A stretch of 64,000 bases of DNA from Hydrolagus colliei (taxonomy: Eukaryota): positions 8,432,001-8,496,000 of the forward strand of contig CM068753.1 of NCBI GenBank assembly GCA_035084275.1. The letters are read 5' to 3'. Positions 52,201-62,733 of the stretch are shown here, one piece after another. The translations under genes and the position numbers were made by a program. Each line of letters begins with the position of its first letter. Position 1 is the first letter of the stretch. The notes under the pieces were generated by a model. It saw nothing but the letters and a program-made list of their open reading frames with translations. It made no database searches and had not been told where the DNA came from.

Positions 52201-55200
52201 ATGTTAGTAGTTGAGTTTTAGCTGCACTAATTGGACTCAGCTAGAGTTTTGCATAAGGTGAGGTCAGCAACTGAAACTCAGTGGTTGAGGTAATAATTGT
52301 GATTGCTCTCAAAGTGAAGTACTGTAATGATGCCTGAGGAAAGCTTGGAGCTGAGGAATGTGCTATCTGTGAATATCATCAAAGTAAAGCTTTCTTCCTT
52401 TCCCTGTGTCCGTCTAGTTGAAGGGTTCTGATCTGGATTTGACTCTTGTGAAGGGAACAGCAGGAGCTGTGCTTTCAGAGCTTGCCTGTGCATATGTGAA
52501 CCTGAAGATTGCACTGGATGGAAAGGAGCAGGGTGAGGAGTCATTGTGAGGGAAGCTGCAATCTGCTGTTCTGTATAATGTATAAAAGTTTCTTTAATAA
52601 CTTACCATCATCTAACGCTCCGAGGCGTGGAGGGCGCTATATTATTGCAAGTTGTTGTAATGTATTTTATCACCTGTTGTGTCCCTGCAATAGAATCTGA
52701 CACTAAATTTGATATTTGCTTGTTACCTTTGGCTGTGAGTCTTATTTGACTCGGCGAAGTAACTGAACACTTACTTGGAGCCATCAATATCCCGAGTCCT
52801 GCAAAGTTCACGCAGGTCTGAACTGCACATCTGTTGTACTTAGCGGAAAACCAGAATAAGAATCCTTGCATTTGATACAACTCCTTATCACATCATTGAG
52901 ACATCTCAAAAGATATACAGTAGAACCTCGATAACGTGACCACCCATGGGACCACGACCAGGTGGTCGCTTTGGCGTGGTGGTCGCATAAGTGAGGTGTC
53001 GATTCTGCTGGATGGAAGATTAAACTATTGGCTACCGTCCATGCAGAGTCGGAGAGGCTGGGGAGGGGGGGTACTCAAGGCTTGGGGGAGGGGGAGAAAG
53101 AATACTAATAGCAATAGGAATAGGCCATTCTGCCATTTAACTAAATTGAATCCTTTCAATTCCAATTGCTCGAGGCTGGGGAGTCTCAGGGGAGGGGGAA
53201 ATATACGAGGCCGGCGAGGGAGGGAGGATACGAGACTGGGAAGTGAGTGTCTGGAGGCCGGGGGTGAGGGGGATACTCGGAGGAGGTGTCTCGGAGCCGG
53301 GGAGTGGAACTACTCGAGGCCGGGGAAATGTTCGGGGCCGCGGTGCTGGACGCTCCGTTACCAGCAGCTTCTCTTTGTTTTTTACTGTCTGACAAAGCGG
53401 CCGCTCACCTGACCTCTTCAAATCCGCCATCTTGTCTCGGTGATGTCACGCCGCAGCCTAATTGGCCAGAGTGGTCGCATTAGGACCATGAAAATGTTGT
53501 TTGGGACCCGCCAAATTAGTGGTGGCGGGCCAGGAACCGGGGTGGTCACGTCAGTGAGGTTTATTTAACTGGAAATGATAAGGAAATATTCGGGAATGAC
53601 TCTGGCTGGTCACCTAGGCGGGGTGGTCGCGCCACTGAGGTGGTCGCCAACCGAGATTCTACGGCATTGTATTTTGGGGGAACAGAGTAGGGTGTGGCGA
53701 ATATTTCCGAAACAACTCGAATGACAAGCTGAGAAATATTTTGTAAAACAGACTTAAATTTCATTCTGACTGCGTGCGGCATGGATGGCTCCATTGTATT
53801 AAGCAAATGTTCTCCTGAGCTTTGAGCTGAGGTGAAACTTTGCAATTGACAAATCCTGCTGCAGCTCTGCATTAATCAATGCAATTCATTGCTATTTTAG
53901 ATGGTGTGGTTTTGCTGGAGAATCCCAAGGGAGACAACATCCTAGATTTTGTCAAGTTGAAAAATGTGATTTCCAATATATTTGGGCTACAGATAACTCG
54001 GCTGGCTATTTATCACGGCAAAACTGGTAAGTGTGAACTTTACACAGTGTGTTTTTAGCATTAGTTTCTCTGAAATAGTTAGCCTCTTATTTTTGTTCTT
54101 ATTACTTAGTGATGCAAAGTTGACATAGTAAGTGCAACAACTTGCATTTTTCTGGCATCTGTGTGTTAAACAATGTCTCAAAATGTTTTACAATATTCCA
54201 GCTTTCTATTCCGAATGTCCAAACTGCTCAGCTGCTTGAGAACTGGGTCAGAGATGCTTTTAAAATCAGTGTTTAATAATTAACTGGTTCAGTGGGTCAA
54301 GAAACAGAAATCTGTTGAGAAGGGGTCAGTCTAATCTAGGACTATTTATTTATATGTCAATACCATCCATGCTGTTCTATTGTGTAGCCAATAGATGTCA
54401 CTGGTGTCTGTCCTAATGCTAAAGGGGCTGGAGACAAGTGTTTTTAGTAACTCTTTAGTGTGTCCATACAGAGGATGCCCTTAGCCCCTTCTAACTTTCA
54501 GTTCATCATTCTCATTCTAGACTTTGATGAATTGTGAATATGATTTTCAATCCATAAATTGCCTTTCGAAGACTCTCCAAGCATTAGCACGGAGTGAGCT
54601 GTGTGTGACTGCCTACGTTGAAACTCCTGTAATTATCTGTCAATTTGTCTGTGCAGCAGCTGCCTATAAGGTGTACAATCCTGGCTCTACATACAGCTAC
54701 CACAAAACAGGATTGATGTGGAATGTAGCAGCAAGTTTCCAGTGTTGGTATGCTATTTAAGTGAAGCTGTAGATGACCCGTCTGTTACAGAACTGGAAAT
54801 CACTGTCGATCTGCAATGACTGCCGAGCCAGTGGGGAGCTCAGCATCTGAATGGCAATGGCAGAGTAGGTTGAAGGATTGATCCTGCAGGTCTACTACAA
54901 CAACAACAAAAAATTACATTTGTATAGCGCCTTTCACATCAGGAGGACGTCAAACAACTTGCGTTTACATAGTGCCCCACACGCAAAGTAGCGTCCCAGA
55001 GAGCTTGACAGTGACGGAACACAATGTGATCCAGTGAAGGTGAAGATCTAATCTGGGTGATCAGAACCTTCCAGTCCCTGGTTTTGCTTGTGCACAAGGA
55101 AGCCGGTGCTGATTGTAAACAGATATTCCCTCCAAAATCAACACTTGGAAGCAACCTGCAATAGTTAATCTCACTTTATAACAGGCTTTCAATCAAGTCC

Positions 55201-58200
55201 AACACCAGAAACTCCTTTATAATGTAATGTTATTATTTTGATTTGTTGTTGGGTATAGGGGTTAGTAATTGGCTACAGGGAAGGAAATACTGGGCAACAA
55301 TCCTTTTAGATGTGCTGATGAAGCATGACAAGAGGGCTGTGGATGTGAAAGGCAAGTTCACAGTGTATTTGGGAGACTGCAGTCAGATACCATTGGAACA
55401 ATCCCTGTATGTGGCTCAATGGGAGCTCATCTGATTATCCGTAAACTTGGACGTGTTGTATACATTGTATGCAAGACAGCTGCTCTCTGTCTCATGGAGT
55501 GACTTCTCTTCAAGGACTGCTCTGGCTTGACATTGCCCAAACAGCTCCCACTTTAGCAGGATGTAGCTGTTGGGCCATGAACACTGACTCATTGGACATC
55601 ATATTATATTTTCTTGCCATCTATTCCAGTGTAATATTGATTTAGTTTGGTTGAATAACTTTGTTTATTGAAAATGCCGCCGTGTATTGTTGCCCTACCT
55701 TATTATCTGCCAACACAATGTGTGTGGGGTCCCATTTAGATTTATTTATTTAAATATTCATATTATTAGCTGCCATGTTGTAATTTGCATCTGCTGCCAT
55801 CACTATGGCTGTTTTATCAATAAGCAATCCACCATAACTACATTGGAGGATAACCTCTTAAGCTGTGATATTGGCATTGAACCCACAATCTTCTAACTCA
55901 CAGCAATAAGTGACTGAGGCAGAAATATTGCAGTTTAATGCCTTAGGATATATATCCCACTCTTGTAAGCTGCTTGATTTAATTCTCTTTATATGGAATC
56001 CACGGGGTGACTTTCACAGAAATCGGATGAGCAATTTATTCCATGTGGACTTGCATTTAGCAATGATTATAAATACAGAGGATAATTTTGGTATTACAGA
56101 CTCTCTAATAGTTGTATCTCTGAGGTTTAACTTTGAGGCAGCTTTTACCCAGAAACAATACAATACAATGTTTTTTCTTATTCTTTTGGTGTAATATTTG
56201 ATTGATGTTTTGAATTCCTTCACAGCTATAGAGCACATTTGGCAGACTTCATTTCTCCTCAGTTTGGTGTCCAAGCCTTTGAGCATCCAGTGACAGATTC
56301 ACTAGATTAATTTATTTTATTAAGAGAACTTTATCCACCTTCAAACCCAAAGTTTGACCAATGGATTCTTCTTGGCATTGTTTTAGGATTTCCTTTCTCC
56401 CAAGTCCAGGGACTTTTGTGCTCATTGGTGTTGATTTACTAATAACCAGCATCCCCGTAATCTGTTTCACTGCAGATGTTTCACTGCTTAAGTGTCCCAG
56501 TGCCTTGGGACGTCCGCCTGACGTGAAAGGCGCTTATACAAATGTAATTTAAATAATTACAAAATAATTGCTAAATTGGGTGCCATATAGAGGTATAATA
56601 GTAAACTGGTCACCCAAGTTATCCAGTTTGCTATTGAAAATAAACACTTGTTTTTCAGAGCTGATGAATAAACCTTTTTTAAAAATATATTTTTTATATA
56701 TATATATGTGTTTAATCCTGTTTCTCGGCACATTAGAACATTTTCCTTCATGTTATGTTCACAGTCATATTTATCTTAAAGTGATTATGCTGAATATTGT
56801 GCAAATAAGTCCACATTTACATCTACAAAGCTATGTACTAATCTGTGGGAATTTTTTTTCGAACTTGGAACCAAAATTAAACATCAATATGCCAACATAG
56901 AGAGAACCAGAGGCCAATGGAGGATTGAAAACATCAACATCTGCAGCCGAGTAAATAATGCTATAAATGTGTAAATGTTTGACCTGCGTGCTCACCACCA
57001 GTCTCATCTCACAGCGACAAGTCAGTGCATCTGAATGAATTGTTCTTCTGAAAGAAATCAGATATGCTTACAGAGTGAAGTGAAAATGGAATGATTATTG
57101 TTTCTATGTATCATTGTAAATTTTGTGTTGTGGGTATTATTTCTTACCAGCTCACTTTGCTATTAGCCCTGCTTAGACACTGTGGCTTGTCTTAGTGATA
57201 GTTTGAATACATCCACCAGTCACTCCTTTCACTAAGGCTGAATGAACGCTTGCTGGTGATGCAGGATATCAGTGTACGTTTATGAACATTATCTAAGGCA
57301 TAGTGTGGTAGACATTGCATTAGAGAAGGAGGCCATTCAGCCCATTGTATAATTGATGGCGCTGACTCCTTCATTGGACCTATCTACTCTAATTCCAATT
57401 CCCATCAATTTCTGTTCGTTCACGTTGAAATACTTTAGTCTCAGCCTCCACAGTCAATGTGACAAAGTGTTGCTTGTTCTAATGTGAAACATTTCTCTGT
57501 TTATGGAATAAAACTCACTGGAGAGAGAGATCATTGGGTCCTGTGCATTCGGGCATCACCTTCAGTGAGATATTCATAGTGAATTGCTGCCGCTCACATA
57601 GAATAGCACAAAGTGGCAAGGCATAGGATTCCCGAACACTGCTGTGCAGCAGAGGAGGTCATTTGAGGAGCATAATGGTTTATCAAAGGAGAAATAAAAA
57701 TAAAAATCATATCTGGTTTAGTTCTAAGGCTAGTGGGAGAGTGGTAATAATAATAATACTTGCATTTGATTTAGCGATTTATCACGCCTGTAACGTGGAT
57801 TGACTGTACAAGTGTAATTTTGATGTTGTATATTTTGTGGGTGAAACATAGTGGCAAACCAGGTTTTATTTTGATGAATTATTGAGTACAGCATATTATT
57901 GGCTTTCTTGATATTCCCATTTTTGATTTTGAAAATTAACTCTCAAGTGAAATGATGTTGCTCAGGTGAGGAGCAACGAGGGCTGTGTCCTGGGTGACTG
58001 TGTTTGTTTCCCTTGCAGAGCTGACAGCCGAGGCTGATCTGATGAGTCTCAACAGAAAGACACTGCACGTGACATCTGGGGCTTCACCAGCAAAGATCCC
58101 TAGCACCGATCCCCTGCTCTGCCAGTACACCAACCTGCAGCTGGTGAATGCCAAGCCCCAAGGTATGCCGTGAGAAAGAAAACTCATATTGTTACATCTG

Positions 58201-61200
58201 CTGATCCTTCACAAGTAATTACTGTTCTGTAGGGAAGCTCAGGCAGCCTGCAGGGAATCACAAACAGCCAGGAGGTGAATGTGCAACGAATCCCCACTAA
58301 TGTCGGGAGCTTTAGATCAGGGAATCGTCTCTCGAAAGTCAGTCCTTCTGACAATCCCTTCTCTGGCTGTTAATGACAGCCTGTGTGCACGTTTAGTGAG
58401 AGAGATTGCTGAGGAAATGCTGGTGCTCATCACCTGATATTTCTGCGGCAAACTGCCGATTTTATGCTAATGGCAATGTGGGTGTACAGCCAGGAAATGT
58501 TATCTGCACATTTATCAACAGTCTTTGCATCATTTATTCACTATTTCAGTCACTTTACTGTTTCACTACAAATATTCAGTTGTTATCAATGCTAACTTAA
58601 TGCCCTATGAATTACACTTTTCATTTCATTCCTGAGGTTGTTTGGGGCTAGAGGCGATGGTTGCTGCCCCTCTCCACCCCCCCACCCCCCTACTGCTCTG
58701 TCACTATATTCAGCCGGTCGGTCTCTCCCCCTCCACACACTAGCAGAATAATCAGAACAACACAAACTCAGACACTGTTCGGAGTCCTGTAGCTCAGTGG
58801 CAAGTAGCACTTGCCTCACTAGCAAGAGACCGGGGTTCAATTCCAGGCAGGTTAGGGCAAAACCTTGGGCAAGTTTCCATATTCCACAGGCCTGATAATA
58901 ATCCCTCCCCCACAAAACAAATTGGTCATTTCAATCCACGACTTTGTGGGGACGCTGCTGTGCACAATTGGCTGCCACGTTTTGCCCACAAAATATATAG
59001 TCTATTCACTCAACAGTATATGCTGTGAAGCGGCTTTAAGATGTTTAGAAGACGTGATAAAGCGCCATATCAAATGCAAAGATGATTATTATTATTGAGT
59101 AAATAACAATGATAAATTGGGCATGGGGCAGCTGAGAGTCAGTGATAATCAGGAAACAGATGAGTGGTCCTGATGCAAAGTGAACAGAACTTGAGAGAGA
59201 GGTTCAACATTGGTTGTTCACTTGCTACCTTGATTGATATATTGTGGTATTTAATTTTCAATAGTTCCTCTCCTATATACAGTGTTGGGAGCCACTGCTA
59301 AAGTTGATGGTAATATGTACCTATCTGTGATTATGGTGGTTTGTGGCTCAGGATCACTGTGGCATTAACAGCAAATCCTCTTTAAAGGCCTTAGTTTGGT
59401 GAATCAACCGGGTGAGTTACAGGCTGTCAGAACAGATGCACAGCCTTTTGTTTGGCTCTTGAATTGGGCTGTTGTCTGGCAAGGCTTCAAGAAATTGCTC
59501 AGCAAGGTCTGAGTTCCATTTTAACTCTTTCTGGTGCCCAGATTCCTTTTGCCACCTCATTGCTCAGAGATTTAATGCAGATTTCACTCTGAGGACATGT
59601 TCAAAGCTTTGGCAAAGTCCCAGCGGCACTAAAGATTTGCTTAAATCCAGATACTTCTCACTTTAATTAAGCAGCAAAACATTGCAGGTGCCAGACAGGC
59701 TTGGTATCACATGATGAACAGCAAGCTCAGTGAGTGCCCGTTCCTGGCTGATTGAGAGTGGCTTTGCTGTGTGTGGATGTGCCCATGTGCCAGTGACTTG
59801 CAGTCCTTTACTCAGCACTACTGTCTTGAAACTATGATGTTTCAGGAGGTCATCCAGCCAAGTTTCTTGTGTCGCTTATCTTTACTCTTCTAAGATGCTA
59901 ACATTCATCATCCTAGCTCCCCACTCTTTCCTCAAGCTGTCTGATATCCTTCCTCTTCCAATTCTTTCTTGATTCTCTCTAAACTACACCCCCAAAGAAG
60001 ATAATAAATATATTTAGTACAGTACCTTTAAGATTGGGAGAACATCTCAGAACGTTTCACAGAATATACTGTAAAGTGCAGTGACTATTTGTGGGCTAAC
60101 TCGGGTTATCCTTACTTTGCAGGTAAATAGGCTACCTTTGCAGGTTTTTTTGAGGCAGTTTTTAAATCCATGCTTACGTGGCAATCATAGAATAAACCGA
60201 AGATGTATAAGAATTAGCATAACTCTTCTTCATTCTTTCAACATTGTTCTAGTTACACACACTTTCTTCCTCACTACCACAAACTCCAGGCAACTGTTAC
60301 CATTTCTGGTTTGCTCAGAGATCCAAACGCCACTGTCAGGCTTTTGAAGCTCCATGATACAGGACAGCACGTCACTGTTTAGCTATGAGAGCCTGAAGGC
60401 TGCTTCTCTGGATGTCAGTGCGGCAGATTTACCAAACAATTTGTAACAAATATACAGGAAACTAAAGCTGCCATTCCATACTATTAAAATAAATTCAACA
60501 ACAGTTTACATTTAAATAGCGCCTTTCACGTCAGAGTGACGTCTCAAAGCACACTCCCACTGCGATGTTACATTCTGATTTTAATATCTCAGATTAAAGG
60601 AATGTTGACGCGATGGATAAGACGAGTCTGAAGCTGAATTTGTTGCTTGTTTATTGCAGAATGTTTGAAGGGAAGCTCAGCCTCCCTCCTGCTGGAAAAC
60701 CCAGTTGGTGAGAATGGGCTGTCCTACCTGGGCCTGCTCCATGAGACGGCCAAAGTGTTTGGCCTCCGAAGCAGGAAGCTGAAGTTGTGCCTGGGCAATA
60801 GCAAAGCTGAAGGTATGTTGCCCATTTCCCGCTACATTTATCCCAACTTATTTCTCCCCATTGCTATTGCTGCTCCCTTGCATTCTGATGATCTGGTCGG
60901 TGGGAGGTGACCTGCTCTGTGTGTATTGTCCAGATGCACTAATGATGATGGATAATAATAATGATGCATTTGATATAGCGTTTTTCACATCTTATCGATG
61001 TTTCAAAGCGCTTCACAGAATATACTGTAAAGTGAATTGACTATAAATTTGTGAGCGAAACATGGCAACCAATTGCGCACAGCAGCGACCTCACAAACAG
61101 CCGTGGATTGAAAATAACCAATTTTATTATTGTGGGTATTTTTGGAGGGATTATTATTAGGCGTGTGGAGTAAGGAAACTTGCCCAAGGTTTCGCCCTGA

Positions 61201-62020
61201 TCTGCCTGGTTTCGAACACAGGTCTCAAGCTTGTAAGGCGAGCGCTCTAACCACTGAGTTACAGGAGCATCACTGAAACTCTAAAGTAACACTGACAGTG
61301 TTTAAGTAACAATTTGTTTTTAATGTAAGTGTAGTTGGCATCAGCGTTTTATGTTCACACTGAAGAATATTGGAGCTAAGAGACTGATATCGGTTAATGG
61401 TTTAATATATTGACTTGCCGTGTAGGTAGGCCAATAAAATGGGTTACTGCGTCAGGAGCGTTCACTTTCAAAACTTCAAAATGGGTCATGGTCTATTGTA
61501 AGCCTTCTCGTGGGGATAGGCGCCTGGCGTTAGTAAAGTTAGCAAGGCTTTGATGAATGTTATTCAGTGTTTGTTTGTCACCCAAAGAGTGACATTTGTA
61601 CCATGAGCTGCATGGTCCCAGATACCTTCAGAATGGCTAGAACTGGATTCTCCAACTGTGTCCATATCAGCTACACAACCTTGTAAATTAACGCTGTTTA
61701 GTTCAATATTGCTGGGACCCTGTGTGCAGGATAACCTTCCTCACACTATGCTCTTCACCGAGTTTGATTCTGATATATTGTAAATGACCAATAGTTTCCA
61801 CGGTTGGTTATAGTGTCTCCTTACTACAAAGCTGGTTAGCGTCCATCTAACCTACTCTGGGTCACTTTACTCTTAATGTTTTCTAAAAAGTCTGTGGTGT
61901 GAAAGTTGCTAACCAAATCTTTCTTTTATTTCCTCAGAAATTACAAATGATACATCCATGAAAACGCTGAGCACAAAGACCATATATGTTCATGTCCTAT
62001 CCACGATCGCTTCATCCTAA
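9137..62020 (+). CDS. IARS1: Cytosolic isoleucyl-tRNA synthetase, full gene span (33 coding exons, 3795 nt, 1264 aa)
   Basis: All exons read manually with GT-AG sites and consistent phases; HYGH (9400-9411), CP1 editing WTTTPWT and [14 protein letters not shown] (29280-29294), C-terminal UNE-I repeats. Confidence 0.98.
9357..9513 (+). CDS. IARS1: IARS1 exon 3 (HIGH-type motif)
   Basis: [26 protein letters not shown]...GWDCHGLPV. Confidence 0.97.
9697..9816 (+). CDS. IARS1: IARS1 exon 4
   Basis: [40 protein letters not shown]. Confidence 0.97.
10161..10243 (+). CDS. IARS1: IARS1 exon 5
   Basis: [28 protein letters not shown]. Confidence 0.97.
10849..10966 (+). CDS. IARS1: IARS1 exon 6
   Basis: [39 protein letters not shown]. 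Confidence 0.97.
11819..11966 (+). CDS. IARS1: IARS1 exon 7 (CP1 editing domain)
   Basis: [39 protein letters not shown]. Confidence 0.97.
12174..12480 (+). mobile_element. SacSINE1-like tRNA/Deu SINE, degenerate
   Basis: gcctggcttagctggtagcactctcgcctctcaatcagaaggttgtg head, taaaccgaaggcctgtctgcc Deu core, tgcgcaaattagttgcc and L2-like tail. Confidence 0.7.
12586..12673 (+). CDS. IARS1: IARS1 exon 8
   Basis: [30 protein letters not shown]. Confidence 0.95.
12831..12891 (+). CDS. IARS1: IARS1 exon 9
   Basis: [20 protein letters not shown]. Confidence 0.95.
14168..14263 (+). CDS. IARS1: IARS1 exon 10
   Basis: [32 protein letters not shown]. Confidence 0.97.
14447..14569 (+). CDS. IARS1: IARS1 exon 11
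   Basis: [41 protein letters not shown]. Confidence 0.97.
14782..14873 (+). CDS. IARS1: IARS1 exon 12
   Basis: [31 protein letters not shown]. Confidence 0.97.
16072..16170 (+). CDS. IARS1: IARS1 exon 13
   Basis: [33 protein letters not shown]. Confidence 0.97.
18085..18174 (+). mobile_element. CR1 LINE 3' end
   Basis: gagccggcacagactagatgggccgaatggcctcc..gtgccgtaa followed by the CR1-type (attctatg/aatctatg)n terminal repeat. Confidence 0.8.
23590..23800 (-). mobile_element. Deu-type SINE fragment
   Basis: cttcacagaatatgctgtaaagtga..gtgggcgaacacggc..; acttttaatatccacctg. Confidence 0.6.
23850..24095 (+). mobile_element. Deu-type SINE fragment
   Basis: gatgttaaacccc..tgtctgc..ggtggacactaag..ccatggc..ttggccaac..; L2-like tail. 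Confidence 0.6.
24841..24967 (+). CDS. IARS1: IARS1 exon 14
   Basis: [42 protein letters not shown]. Confidence 0.97.
25057..26225. mobile_element. Non-autonomous hAT DNA transposon, 1169 bp
   Basis: Perfect 8-bp TSD gtatattg (25049-25056 and 26226-26233); TIRs tagggtccgtcgatat / tagtgtctggcgatat (13/16); subterminal (c/t)cgatat arrays; no transposase ORF. Confidence 0.9.
26928..27001 (+). CDS. IARS1: IARS1 exon 15
   Basis: [25 protein letters not shown]. Confidence 0.96.
27956..28150 (+). CDS. IARS1: IARS1 exon 16
   Basis: [13 protein letters not shown]...[11 protein letters not shown]...[14 protein letters not shown]. Confidence 0.97.
28596..28682 (+). CDS. IARS1: IARS1 exon 17
   Basis: [29 protein letters not shown]. 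Confidence 0.97.
29270..29353 (+). CDS. IARS1: IARS1 exon 18 (KMSKS-type motif)
   Basis: [28 protein letters not shown]. Confidence 0.97.
30729..30873 (+). CDS. IARS1: IARS1 exon 19
   Basis: [48 protein letters not shown]. Confidence 0.97.
31050..31170 (+). CDS. IARS1: IARS1 exon 20
   Basis: [40 protein letters not shown]. Confidence 0.97.
31736..31827 (+). CDS. IARS1: IARS1 exon 21
   Basis: [31 protein letters not shown]. Confidence 0.97.
32278..32355 (+). CDS. IARS1: IARS1 exon 22
   Basis: [26 protein letters not shown]. Confidence 0.97.
33938..34059 (+). CDS. IARS1: IARS1 exon 23
   Basis: [41 protein letters not shown]. Confidence 0.97.
35385..35487 (+). CDS. IARS1: IARS1 exon 24
   Basis: [34 protein letters not shown]. 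Confidence 0.97.
35771..35854 (+). CDS. IARS1: IARS1 exon 25
   Basis: [28 protein letters not shown]. Confidence 0.97.
36915..37195 (-). mobile_element. tRNA(Ala)-derived SINE
   Basis: Reverse complement of the 58781 family: B box ggttcgattcc, ccttgggaaagtttcc, L2-like tail. Confidence 0.8.
39607..39920 (+). mobile_element. tRNA(Ala)-derived SINE, full length
   Basis: ggagtcctgaagctcggtagttagag head, anticodon-like loop ctcgcaa (CGC), B box, tgcacaattgg core, gaaaaggcgcta..aaatgcaaggattatt tail. Confidence 0.85.
42165..42720 (-). mobile_element. L2 LINE 3' fragment
   Basis: Minus translation [17 protein letters not shown] matches the L2 RT C-terminal motif (AFFHLRNIAR..HAFVTSRLDY); ttcaagtcctgcctgaaaa 3' region. 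Confidence 0.8.
43090..43248 (+). mobile_element. L2 3' fragment followed by poly(C) run (43212-43248)
   Basis: tttcaagtcctgcctgaaaacattcctcttc; same motif as the inverted copy at ~42255-42275. Confidence 0.65.
45125..45480 (+). mobile_element. Degenerate CR1 3' fragment
   Basis: catggaggtatccaagataatgaagga..agagggcacaagtta..; ggccatttctgtgctctaatgttttatgatt tail. Confidence 0.6.
47455..47730 (+). mobile_element. L2 3' fragment
   Basis: caccattaggggtcgggctttcagc..ctctggaactcc..ttcacctccttcacaag..tttgaccaaagctttggtca; gaaaggctctatataaatg tail. Confidence 0.7.
47788..47962 (+). CDS. IARS1: IARS1 exon 26
   Basis: [37 protein letters not shown]...EEFQTTG; acceptor ccaaaaag|. Confidence 0.95.
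48657..48769 (+). CDS. IARS1: IARS1 exon 27
   Basis: [37 protein letters not shown]. Confidence 0.97.
49511..49606 (+). CDS. IARS1: IARS1 exon 28
   Basis: [32 protein letters not shown]. Confidence 0.97.
51389..51562 (+). CDS. IARS1: IARS1 exon 29
   Basis: [13 protein letters not shown]...[18 protein letters not shown]...IIQETTQ. Confidence 0.96.
52039..52098. repeat. 24-bp tandem duplication (acgactaaaattgcaaactcattg) x2.5
   Basis: Two identical units 52039-52062 and 52063-52086 plus a degenerate half unit. Confidence 0.9.
52418..52532 (+). CDS. IARS1: IARS1 exon 30
   Basis: [38 protein letters not shown]. Confidence 0.95.
52918..53664. mobile_element. Tc1/mariner (Tigger/pogo-like) non-autonomous element
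   Basis: TIR cagtagaacctcg / ccgtagaatctcg (reverse complement of right end), preceded by TA; subterminal ggtggtcgc repeats at both ends; GC-rich interior; interrupts a SINE tail. Confidence 0.75.
53901..54026 (+). CDS. IARS1: IARS1 exon 31 (UNE-I repeat 1)
   Basis: [41 protein letters not shown]. Confidence 0.96.
58019..58162 (+). CDS. IARS1: IARS1 exon 32
   Basis: [20 protein letters not shown]...[16 protein letters not shown]. Confidence 0.96.
58781..59096 (+). mobile_element. tRNA-derived SINE, full length, Deu-like core and L2-like tail
   Basis: A box tagctcagtgg, B box ggttcaattcc, gctgtgcacaattggctgccacg core, tail aagcgccatatcaaatgcaaa..(att)n. Confidence 0.88.
60660..60812 (+). 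CDS. IARS1: IARS1 exon 33 (UNE-I repeat 2)
   Basis: [42 protein letters not shown]. Confidence 0.97.
60952..61267 (-). mobile_element. tRNA-derived SINE, full length
   Basis: Reverse complement of the 58781-59096 family over its whole length. Confidence 0.88.
61938..62020 (+). CDS. IARS1: IARS1 exon 34, last coding exon (TAA 62018-62020)
   Basis: [26 protein letters not shown] (human ITEDIPVKTLNMKTVYVSVLPTTADF*). Confidence 0.95.
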
Positions 62021-62727
62021 GAACTATACTGAGATTTCAGCTCCTATTGAGGAAATGCTGTGGCACTATTACTATTGCTCTTTAGTGTCATTAATGGAAG
62101 ACCTTATACAGTACCTGTCATCACATTTATAATTTCAAATGATCTCTTTGCCTTGAGTACTGAAATCACAAAGGATACATAAAATTATTGAAAGTTTCCG
62201 TTCTCATTTTGGTTGATGGTGTCTCGCATGTGTTGGACGTTTGTCCCTTTAGATACAGGTCAGGTTACTGCTGGCTAAAGAGCGCACAGCAGGAGTGATA
62301 TTCCCTCGTGGCCCGAGCACTTGAGATCAGCCATTGTGAGGAGGAATCAATCCCTAGTAGAGAATCCGTCTGGGCTGCTGACTGCTGCATTGATGGCCTG
62401 GAACAGACCTGAAGGAGGTCTTGGCCACGGGCAGGGGGAGAGCCCAGTCCTCAAATATTTGAAACCTAGAGAGCCACAGTGGACATACAAAAGCAGATCT
62501 GTCTCCAATTGAAACATATTTGACAGAGCACTGGTCTGGTGTTTATTCACCATTCTGTTCAATTTCCTCCACACAATATCTGTGAAAGCAATACAGGATC
62601 ACTTGCCTAATTTATATCTCCTTCTCGGGGGTGGTGGCAGTATTCAAAAGCCAAACTGAGAATCGGCCACTTACTGTGCTGGGAATGTATGTTCTCTCAG
62701 TCATGTGGAAACAATGAAAGTAAGCAA

Positions 62728-62733
62728 AATAAA
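62728..62733 (+). terminator. Candidate IARS1 polyadenylation signal (second AATAAA at 63363-63368)
   Basis: First AATAAA seen after the stop codon. Confidence 0.45.

Noticed and set aside
52936-53412. 158-aa plus-strand ORF as a transposase
   Set aside because: GC-rich MITE interior with no DDE or HTH motifs
58781-58855. tRNA gene (also at 39607, ~37190, ~61260, ~8400)
   Set aside because: A and B boxes are present but there is no acceptor stem or T-run terminator; each continues into a SINE body and tail
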